Assembly (NCBI GenBank): GCA_024233215.1
Contig: JACKPW010000009.1
Location: 53,067-117,066 of the forward strand
Length of the DNA: 64,000 bases
Reading direction: 5' to 3'
Origin: Verrucomicrobiales bacterium
Lineage (GTDB): Bacteria > Verrucomicrobiota > Verrucomicrobiia > Limisphaerales > J093
In this document: piece after piece, positions 53,625 through 61,206 of the stretch
How the letters are laid out: the number at the start of each line of letters is the position of its first letter
Numbering within the stretch: position 1 is the first letter of the stretch
The notes under the pieces: generated by a model
Told to the model about the DNA's origin: nothing
Seen by the model: only the letters and a program-made list of their open reading frames with translations
Databases searched by the model: none
Translations under genes and position numbers: made by a program

Positions 53625-54437
53625 ATGCAAGTCATGAAGACAAATCTGCGGCGCCGTGCAGGGAGCGACGCCTTCACCTTGATCGAACTGCTGGTGGTGA
53701 TTGCCATCATCGCCATCCTGGCGGGCCTCCTGCTTCCGGCGTTGTCGAAGGCCAAGGTGAAGGCGAAGCAGACCGCCTGCATCAACAACCTCCGGCAGAT
53801 CGGCATCGGCACGGTCATGTACCTCGGCGATTACCAGAAATATCCCGGGTGCATCGACGCGCGCCCCGGTCCGGGTTACTTCACCTACCTTTGGCCCCGG
53901 CGCCTGCTCTCGCTGATGGGCGACAGTCGGGATGCGTTCTGGTGCCCCGCGGCCCCGGTGGATGCGCGGTGGAATCTCGACGACAACCCAACCCTGACCC
54001 AGGGGATCGATTACATCATCGCCTCCCCCACCGGCACCAAGTTCAGCTACGGCTTCAACGACTGGGGCCTTCGCGATCCCGGCCTGTCCCGCAACATCGG
54101 CCAGTTGGGCCTCGGCGGTGACATCGGCATTGTTAATGAGGTGTCCGAAACTGCCGTGCGCAGTCCTTCCGACATGATCATGCTGGGCGACTCGAAATCC
54201 GACCGGGCATGGGACGGCAACATCGATCCGAAATCGTCCCCGGACTGGCCCTCCAACCGACACAGCCGGCGGACCTCCCTTATGTTTGCCGATGGCCACG
54301 CCGAGACGGCCCTGCGCGAGAAGATCGTCGATCCCGAAGAGGACCAGTGGCGCCGTCGATGGAACAACGACAACCAGCCGCACAACGAAATCCGCTGGAC
54401 GATCGATCCGGACCTGGAAGCGAAGATCGATCCGTAG
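53625..54437 (+). CDS. Prepilin-type N-terminal cleavage/methylation protein of the DUF1559 (H-X9-DG) family
   Basis: [29 protein letters not shown]; C-terminal [13 protein letters not shown]. Confidence 0.9.
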   Translation: MQVMKTNLRRRAGSDAFTLIELLVVIAIIAILAGLLLPALSKAKVKAKQTACINNLRQIGIGTVMYLGDYQKYPGCIDARPGPGYFTYLWPRRLLSLMGDSRDAFWCPAAPVDARWNLDDNPTLTQGIDYIIASPTGTKFSYGFNDWGLRDPGLSRNIGQLGLGGDIGIVNEVSETAVRSPSDMIMLGDSKSDRAWDGNIDPKSSPDWPSNRHSRRTSLMFADGHAETALREKIVDPEEDQWRRRWNNDNQPHNEIRWTIDPDLEAKIDP

Positions 54438-54579
54438 TGAGTGTTCCGAGCTGAGTTCGCCGACGTCAGTCGGTGCCCGTCGACCCAACGCCAGAAGGCC
54501 CGGGCATCATCTGAAAGACCGGATCGACGCGGGCAGATTTCCGGAAGGAACCAGCGCCTTGGCGAGTAACAAGAACCTG

Positions 54580-54607
54580 CCCGGCTCGCGGGAAGCCGCG
54601 AGCCGGG
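54580..54607. terminator. Strong GC hairpin between convergent genes (12-bp stem CCCGGCTCGCGG/CCGCGAGCCGGG, GAAG loop)
   Basis: Read directly. Followed on the + strand by CAACCTGTCCTTGTCTGTC (moderately T-rich). Confidence 0.55.
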
Positions 54608-54642
54608 CAACCTGTCCTTGTCTGTCGATTCCTGAACGCTCC

Positions 54643-55206
54643 CTATTCCCCGGTCGGGGTGGCCGACTGGCGGTTCGTCAGGCGTCGATACGCCGCCAAG
54701 CCCGGCAGAGCCAAACCCAATAGGCATAGGGTAACGCCGCTGTCAGGAACCGGGGTTCGGTCGTAGGGTCCTCCAGTGAACGAAAAAGTGTAACTGCTAA
54801 GGCCTCCGTTGTCCCAAAACGTGCGAAGGGTTAAGGGAAACCCAGAGCCCAACCCCGATGCGATAATGTCGATTGTCATGGCGCCCGGCATGGCACCATC
54901 GAGATGGAGGATGACGCTACCACTTCCCGATGAGGATCCGGTCCACTTTGCGTAGGTCGGGTTTATGAGGGAGCCATCAGACCCGTCGACTGTCAGTCCT
55001 GGCGACTCAAACGGACCTTGGCCGCTTTCACTGACCAGAAAGGCCTCGAGGGTCGTGAATGAGGCAAAACCACCGTAGCCAAAACCCGTGTCAAAACTCC
55101 CAGTCTCCACTGGGTCGAAGGATTCGATGATGGGCACTGCCAGGCAGTGAGGCGCACCGATCAACGCTGCGCAAACAAGCGGAAGCCAAGGGGTCATTGA
55201 TTTCAT
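54643..55206 (-). CDS. VPDSG-CTERM sorting-domain exoprotein
   Basis: Signal peptide MKSMTPWLPLVCAALIGAPHCLA. C-terminal PVPDSGVTLCLLGLALPGLAAYRRL. The gene and its upstream region have markedly lower G+C. Confidence 0.8.
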   Translation of the reverse strand: MKSMTPWLPLVCAALIGAPHCLAVPIIESFDPVETGSFDTGFGYGGFASFTTLEAFLVSESGQGPFESPGLTVDGSDGSLINPTYAKWTGSSSGSGSVILHLDGAMPGAMTIDIIASGLGSGFPLTLRTFWDNGGLSSYTFSFTGGPYDRTPVPDSGVTLCLLGLALPGLAAYRRLTNRQSATPTGE

Positions 55207-55623
55207 TTGAGTTCTAGAGATGTCGTCTTCTGTCGTGGGACCCGCTTCCATGTTCCTTCTGCCGTTGCAGCTGCGAGTCACCTAATGATAGCAATAAGCA
55301 ATTAAGATGCCAATTCTTGGAGGCAGTCTGGTTCTTGTTTTGGGCCTATTCAGCTATTGAATTGATCATCAATATGATACGTAGACGTGGATTGGCGCGT
55401 TTCCGGTTTGGATTGGCGTCGTAACCCGCAGTGCAGTTGTAAGGTTTGCGGACGTTTTGTTGGAGTGTATCTGCTCTTGGAGTAGCTAAGTGTATAATTC
55501 CAAACGCTTTGTGACCAAGTGAGCATGCGCGAAAAACGTAAAGTTTTGGCCCGGTGTCCGCCTCATGTTGCATGAGGTTTATTGTGAATGAGTTGTGCAA
55601 GTGCGGCCTTACCAGACCACTCG

Positions 55624-56643
55624 TCAGTGGGCCTGGCGACGGGTGCACGCTCGGCACGCGACCGGTGGCACGAACCGCTGCATCCGGTTCATCTCCACCA
55701 ACCGCTGCCGCCGGACCGGAAGACACACCGCGCAATCGCTGAACCGTTCCAGATCCCAGGTGTCCGCAAACACCCGCCCCTGCTGCAGGGCCTGGGCAGC
55801 TTCCAACGCTTCCTCCAGTTGCGTCAGTCGCGGTTCGGCAAATGCTCCCGTGGCGGCGAGCGCCTCCAACGCGCCGTTGCCCTGCCGCGTGGGGATGATC
55901 GAGACCACGCTGACGCCACACTCGAAGGCAAAGGCCACGGAGCGTACCGCCCAGCCCACGGCTTCCTCCTCCGGGACGAACGGTGGCCGCAGCAGAACGA
56001 ATGCACGCACGTCCGCAGCACTTTCCCGGGCGAAGGCTGTGGCGGCCCGGAACGCGGTCAACGTCATCCGCTTGTTCAATCGGTCCAGAGCCTCTGGGTG
56101 TACGGTCTCCAGACCCATTGCGACTTCGATCCTGGGCGGCGTCGGGGTGGCCTCGGCAAGTGCGGCCTGGAATTGGCGGAGACCACGTCGCACGAATGCC
56201 GGATGAGATTCGAGAATCACGCGCTCAAACCCGGCGAGCCGACGGGCGATCCCGAGGTAGTCTGCCGGCGGCACCGCCATGGGATCGAAGAAGCTGCCGC
56301 TGTTATAGAGCTTGATCACCGGGGGCAGGGGACCCGCGGCGATCTGACCCAAGGCCCGTTCGAGCTGGGCCGGAATCGCCCCCTGCGGAACGGGGCCCGG
56401 TGTGGTGTGCCGCCACAGATCGCACATCAAACAGCGCCAGGGGCACTCGCGACTGGTGAGGATGACGGTCAGCACGGCCTTCACCGAGCCCGCGCCGTCA
56501 GCGGGCTCATCTTCCTGAAAGACCGCCTGCGGCTGCCACACGTCCACATCCTGGCGATTGCCGCGACGGGCAAGAACCCAGGCGTCGCGCGAGGATGCGT
56601 CGACCGGATAGTCGCTCGGCCCGGTGGGGAACGGACGGCTCAT
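55624..56643 (-). CDS. Radical SAM enzyme of unassigned subfamily
   Basis: Canonical CxxxCxxC in LTSRECPWRCLMCDLW. KLYNSGSFFD; ILESHP; AMGLETVHPEALDRLNKRMT. ATG 56643 overlaps the upstream stop as ATGA. Confidence 0.85.
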   Translation of the reverse strand: MSRPFPTGPSDYPVDASSRDAWVLARRGNRQDVDVWQPQAVFQEDEPADGAGSVKAVLTVILTSRECPWRCLMCDLWRHTTPGPVPQGAIPAQLERALGQIAAGPLPPVIKLYNSGSFFDPMAVPPADYLGIARRLAGFERVILESHPAFVRRGLRQFQAALAEATPTPPRIEVAMGLETVHPEALDRLNKRMTLTAFRAATAFARESAADVRAFVLLRPPFVPEEEAVGWAVRSVAFAFECGVSVVSIIPTRQGNGALEALAATGAFAEPRLTQLEEALEAAQALQQGRVFADTWDLERFSDCAVCLPVRRQRLVEMNRMQRFVPPVACRACTRRQAH

Positions 56644-57080
56644 CGTGGCCCGCTGACTTGCTGAAAGAACTTCAGGTCCCGGTCGCCCTGGGTTCCGGGC
56701 GCGTGTTGCCACCCGGCCCGGCGCCCTTGCGGATCGGTGAGTTGACCGGGCGTCTTCAATCCTTGGGGATAGACCACGATGGCTTCCGGCCAGACCGTGT
56801 GCAGATGGAAGCTGCGCTGTGCGTTTTGCATGGACCCGCCGTGTCCGTGGAAGACGAACACCAAGGGAGCGCCCTTATCCGAAGGGGGTCGTTCCGGCAG
56901 AACCACCAGCGCCTCACGGGACATACCGTCCACGGTCCAATCGCGCCGGTGGGAACCGGCGCCAAAGGCATCTTGTGGGCTGAGCCCTCTCAGGCAGAGG
57001 AGCAGGAGCGCGGGGAGCAACCCGAAGCCCCGCGATCGCTGTGTGCCTCCACTGCGGGCAACGCTGAAGATTAAATTCAT
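56640..57080 (-). pseudogene. Truncated secreted esterase (N-terminal half of a PHB-depolymerase/LpqC-type alpha/beta hydrolase, no nucleophile elbow)
   Basis: Signal peptide MNLIFSVARSGGTQRSRGFGLLPALLLLCL. APLVFVFHGHGGS (oxyanion region) ... GDRDLKFFQQV, then stop. No G-x-S-x-G. An alternative ATG 57179 overlaps the upstream stop (ATGA). Confidence 0.5.
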
Positions 57081-57175
57081 GGATGATCCGGGAAGATGCG
57101 TGTCTTGCCTATCAACGACAACGGTTCCTACCGTCTGGTTACGGGTTTGATTCGGGCCGAGCGTGGGAGCCCCGC

Positions 57176-57736
57176 TCATGCTGAAGGCATCTTGCGTGGC
57201 GGCACTGGGTCGCGGGGCCGCTCCGGTTCAACCGCTTCATCAAGCGGTGGCAGGTCGATCCGCAGTTCCCTCATCTGCTGCTGGAGGCCGATCATCCGCC
57301 ACAAACTGCGAAGATTTTCCCCGACGGGGCCCAACCTTTCCTCGCCGACGGTATAGAACAACCTCAGCCGCTGTGGCGATCCGGCCGTCCCGAGACCAAG
57401 TTCGAACTCCCATCCAGTCAAGGGAGGCACCTCGAAAGTCACGGCGTAGCCGGTGGGAGCCGCGGCCGGTACCCCCTTGCCCTGCTCCTGGTAATCGAGG
57501 ACGTGGTACGGGGTGATTCCTTCGGGCCGCTGCACCGCGATGAGGCTTGGTCGAAGCGTGACAGAACGGTTGGTCACCACGAACGCAGCCAGCATCGTGC
57601 CATTCGTACCGGGGCGATAGCCGAGGAATTGGAGGGCCACTGAGTCCGACCTGGTGGTGTTCCGCCAGAGCCCAAGCGTCGCGGCGGTTCCCAGCAGCAG
57701 CAGACCCCCTACCAGCAATCGCGCGGTGGATTTCAT
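57176..57736 (-). CDS. Membrane-anchored hypothetical protein (186 aa)
   Basis: N-terminal anchor MKSTARLLVGGLLLLGTAATLGLW; beta-rich middle; C-terminal charged/Pro-rich tail. No family recognised. Confidence 0.6.
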   Translation of the reverse strand: MKSTARLLVGGLLLLGTAATLGLWRNTTRSDSVALQFLGYRPGTNGTMLAAFVVTNRSVTLRPSLIAVQRPEGITPYHVLDYQEQGKGVPAAAPTGYAVTFEVPPLTGWEFELGLGTAGSPQRLRLFYTVGEERLGPVGENLRSLWRMIGLQQQMRELRIDLPPLDEAVEPERPRDPVPPRKMPSA

Positions 57737-57890
57737 TCAGTCAGCGTGCCCGCTGGAGGATTGTCCGAACCGGCGGGTCAGGCAGTTGGTTTCGACGGAT
57801 CATTTGCCGGAACGCTGGCAAAGCAACCCCTCGCTTGGGAAGACGTTTCTGAATGGGGGGGAAGGCGCGCACGCCGGCTGCAGCCGCGAT

Positions 57891-58040
57891 CTCGCGAAGC
57901 GTCCCGGAGTGCGGTGACGCGGCAGCCTTCACCGCTGTGACTCCTTCACCCGTCGACAGGTGTGGCACCCATCGCGGGGATCGTGCGGACAGCGGTGACT
58001 GCGCTCCGCTGCGTCACCGCACTCCAGGACGCTGCGCGAG
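57891..58040. repeat. 150-nt near-perfect long hairpin element (REP/MITE-like)
   Basis: Arms 57893-57920 and 58011-58038 pair at 26 of 28 positions and extend to 57891/58040. An inner inverted repeat is TCACCGCTGT (57929-57938) / ACAGCGGTGA (57989-57998). Confidence 0.85.
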
Positions 58041-58098
58041 GTTCGTTCGGCCATCCGGAACTTCGGGACGTCCGGGACAATGGTGCGGAACGTCGTCG

Positions 58099-59028
58099 TC
58101 ACACCGGATTCTCCCGAAAATACGGAATCGTCCGTTGTAGCCCCTCCTCCAGCGGCACGCGGGGTTCCCAATCAATGACGCGCTTCGCCAGCGAGATATC
58201 CGGTTGACGCTGCCGGGGGTCGTCCTGGGGCAGGGGACGCTCCACCAGTCGCGATTTTGATCCGGTCAATGCGATGACCTTTTCCGCCAGTTCGCGAATG
58301 GTGAACTCGACCGGGTTGCCGAGGTTCATCGGGCCGACGCATTCGTTCTGGTTCATGAACCGCAGGAAACCCTCGATCAGGTCGTCCACGTAGCAGAAGG
58401 AGCGGGTCTGGGAACCGTCGCCGTAAAGGGTGATCTCCTGACCGGCGAGTGCCTGAAGGATGAAATTGGACACCACGCGGCCGTCCTTCGGCTGCATCCG
58501 GGGGCCGTAGGTGTTGAAGATGCGGGCCACGCGGATGTCCACGCCGTTCTCGCGGTGATAGTCGAAGAAGAGCGTTTCGGCACAACGTTTGCCTTCGTCG
58601 TAGCAGGCGCGGGGTCCGATGGGATTGACCAGGCCCCGGTAGCCTTCGGGCTGTGGATGCATCTCGGGATCCCCGTAGACCTCGGAAGTCGAGGCCTGGA
58701 AGACGCGGGCCTTGACGCGCTTGGCGAGCCCGAGGCAGTTGATGGCGCCCATGACCGAGGTCTTGGTGGTCTTGATCGGATTGACCTGGTAATGCACCGG
58801 CGAGGCGGGGCAGGCCAGGTTGTAGATCTGGTCCACCTCAACCTTGAAGGGATCCACCACGTCGTGCCGGATGAGTTCGAAGGCCGGCTTGCCGAGCAGG
58901 TGGCTGATGTTGACCTTGCGGCCGGTGAAGAAGTTGTCGAGACAAAGCACGTCGTGGCCGTCCGCCAGCAGTCGTTCGCAAAGGTGACTGCCGAGGAAGC
59001 CCGCACCGCCGGTGACCAGAATTCGCAT
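58099..59028 (-). CDS. UDP-glucuronate decarboxylase (UDP-xylose synthase), SDR family
   Basis: [16 protein letters not shown]; STSEVYGDP; catalytic YDEGKR; near-collinear by eye with UXS enzymes. The ORF-track extension to 59403 is rejected. Confidence 0.93.
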   Translation of the reverse strand: MRILVTGGAGFLGSHLCERLLADGHDVLCLDNFFTGRKVNISHLLGKPAFELIRHDVVDPFKVEVDQIYNLACPASPVHYQVNPIKTTKTSVMGAINCLGLAKRVKARVFQASTSEVYGDPEMHPQPEGYRGLVNPIGPRACYDEGKRCAETLFFDYHRENGVDIRVARIFNTYGPRMQPKDGRVVSNFILQALAGQEITLYGDGSQTRSFCYVDDLIEGFLRFMNQNECVGPMNLGNPVEFTIRELAEKVIALTGSKSRLVERPLPQDDPRQRQPDISLAKRVIDWEPRVPLEEGLQRTIPYFRENPV

Positions 59029-59497
59029 GGCTGTATGAGTAACTTGACTAACCGCTGATTCACACCGATGAACGCGGATCAGGAATCCAGGACCCTGACG
59101 CGTGGAACCGTGTCCCTCTTCGAGTTCGGGCCGGATTGCTGATAACGCCCTCTGGTTCCCACGTCGGGACGGAGTTTCAGGAAGCGGCGGCAGCCCGTGC
59201 AAGGCGAAAACCCGGCCGGTGAAACGCCGCCGGCCGGGGGGCTGGCAGGATTGGGAGTGCGCGAGGAACAGCCTGGGAACCCGTGCCCTGCTCCACGTCA
59301 GCGGCCCGGGCCGCTCGGGGAACCGCGACCTGTCCGGGAGGTTGCGTTCTCCATCCCTGCAGACGAACCCTCCGCCTCCCCTACGTACAAAACTCCAGTG
59401 CATATGCGTCGAGAATTGGTTCGTTCGTCTTCGCTGGTCGCCGGCGACCCGGCCTGCGCGGCGGGGTGTTGTTCGGGCTTTGGGCCTCGGGCTTGCA

Positions 59498-59525
59498 TCG
59501 GATCTCGGATTTCGGGTTTCGGACC
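59498..59525. repeat. Heptanucleotide tandem repeat, four units (TCGGATC TCGGATT TCGGGTT TCGGACC)
   Basis: Read directly, in the 608-nt divergent spacer upstream of trpS. Confidence 0.8.
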
Positions 59526-59637
59526 TGCCCGCAACTCAGCGGTAGGTTCGCTCTCCTCCCCGGGGGGGCGATGGACCGCGTCGGGGGCGCTGCTCCTGTA
59601 TTGCCCGCCGGGAATCGGCTTTGCTACCGTGCCGGCC

Positions 59638-60603
59638 ATGCGGATTCTCTCGGGCATACAACCCTCGGGCACCCTGCACCTGGGCAATTACTTCGGCATG
59701 ATGCTGCCGGCGCTGGAGCTTCAGGAACAGGGGGATGCCTACTATTTCATCGCGGACTACCACTCGATGACGTCGCTGTTCGACGCCGACGCGCGTCGGA
59801 AGAACTCGCTCGACGTGGCGCTGGACTTCCTGGCCTGCGGACTGGATCCGAAGCGGACGGTGTTCTTCCGGCAATCGGACGTGCCGGAGGTGCCGGAGTT
59901 GACGTGGTTGCTCATGACGATGACGCCGATGGGCCTGCTGGAACGTTGTCACAGCTTCAAGGACAAGTCGGCCCGGGGCATCCCGGTCAACGCCGGCCTG
60001 TTCACCTACCCGGTGTTGATGGCGGCGGACATTCTGATCTACGACTCGAACGTGGTGCCGGTGGGGCAGGACCAGAAGCAGCATGTGGAGGTGACGCGCG
60101 ACATCGCGATCAAGTTCAACGAACAGTATGGCGAGACTTTCGTCATCCCGGAACCGCGCATCCGCGAGGCGACCGCAAAGGTGCCGGGCGTGGATGGCGG
60201 CAAGATGAGCAAGAGCTACGGCAACACCATCGACATCTTCGGCGAAGAGAAGCCGTTGCGGAAACGCATCATGGGCATCGTCATGGACAGTCGCACGCCG
60301 GACGAACCGAAGCCGGACGCCGACCAGAACCTGGCGGTCCAATTGTTGCGGTTGGTGGCGCCGCCCGACGTGGCGCAGGATTACGAGGACCGGTTGCGGG
60401 CCGGTGGGCTCGGTTACGGCGATTTGAAGAAGAAGCTGTTCGAGTGCTACTGGGCCTGTTTCGAGGAACCGCGGAAACGTCGTGCAGAACTCGTGCAGAA
60501 CCTGGACCATGTTCACGAGGTGCTGCGCGGGGGGGCGGAACGGGCGCGGGCGGTGGCCACGAAGGTCCTGGACCGGGCCAAGCGCAACTGCGGTCTGGTC
60601 TGA
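59638..60603 (+). CDS. trpS: Tryptophan--tRNA ligase
   Basis: MRILSGIQPSGTLHLGNYFG (HIGH-type); VPVGQDQKQHVE; KMSKS. Length and order typical of TrpRS. ORF-track extension to 59197 rejected. Confidence 0.95.
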   Translation: MRILSGIQPSGTLHLGNYFGMMLPALELQEQGDAYYFIADYHSMTSLFDADARRKNSLDVALDFLACGLDPKRTVFFRQSDVPEVPELTWLLMTMTPMGLLERCHSFKDKSARGIPVNAGLFTYPVLMAADILIYDSNVVPVGQDQKQHVEVTRDIAIKFNEQYGETFVIPEPRIREATAKVPGVDGGKMSKSYGNTIDIFGEEKPLRKRIMGIVMDSRTPDEPKPDADQNLAVQLLRLVAPPDVAQDYEDRLRAGGLGYGDLKKKLFECYWACFEEPRKRRAELVQNLDHVHEVLRGGAERARAVATKVLDRAKRNCGLV

Positions 60604-60681
60604 GCGGACCCACTCTGGCACCTTGCGGGAAGTTGCCACGTCACATCAAGTCACGGAAACCGAACCAATCAGGAGGCCGGA

Positions 60682-61206
60682 ATGGAAACGCGAGTCTTGT
60701 TCAAGTACGTCGAGGAAGTGCGCCGGGAATGCGGCCTGGCCCGCATGGCCGCCGGGGAGCTGCGCACGGCGTTGGCGGCCCTCGATCCCGTTCGCGCCAG
60801 CCTCTTCGTCCGCAGCCTTCTGACCCATGCCGTGGCGGTGTCGCGGTTGCTCTGGCCCGAACGGGTCGAGTCCGCCGCCCGCGGTGCCACCCTGCGCCAG
60901 GAACTCAAGGTGCCCGATCCATCACCGCTGCAACTGGCCACCCTGCGCAAGCACACATCGCGCCCGGATGAGACTTACGAGGACTGGCTCCAGCGGCTGC
61001 CTGAGCCGAATTACCTCGAGTTCAACGTCATGCCCGCCGGCACGATGTCGGGTTCGAAGGAGGACACCTTCCAGGCCGCGCTGGATCCCGACACGCTGGA
61101 GTTCACCCTCCGGGGTGACCGGGCGAGCCTGGCCCAGGTGAACGAGGCCCTCCGCCTGCTTGACACTGCGTGCGAGCGGTGGTTGCGAACGCATAATCCG
61201 TGGTGA
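60682..61206 (+). CDS. Hypothetical helical protein (174 aa)
   Basis: AGGAGG Shine-Dalgarno before ATG 60682. METRVLFKYVEEVRRECGLARMAAGELR... No family recognised. Its 3' end overlaps the next gene by 7 nt. Confidence 0.6.
   Translation: METRVLFKYVEEVRRECGLARMAAGELRTALAALDPVRASLFVRSLLTHAVAVSRLLWPERVESAARGATLRQELKVPDPSPLQLATLRKHTSRPDETYEDWLQRLPEPNYLEFNVMPAGTMSGSKEDTFQAALDPDTLEFTLRGDRASLAQVNEALRLLDTACERWLRTHNPW

Noticed and set aside
59029-59637. T-box riboswitch or Trp attenuator leader upstream of trpS
   Set aside because: I could not find a T-box core, a specifier-loop arrangement or a Trp-codon-rich leader peptide. The call is left open pending an Rfam scan.
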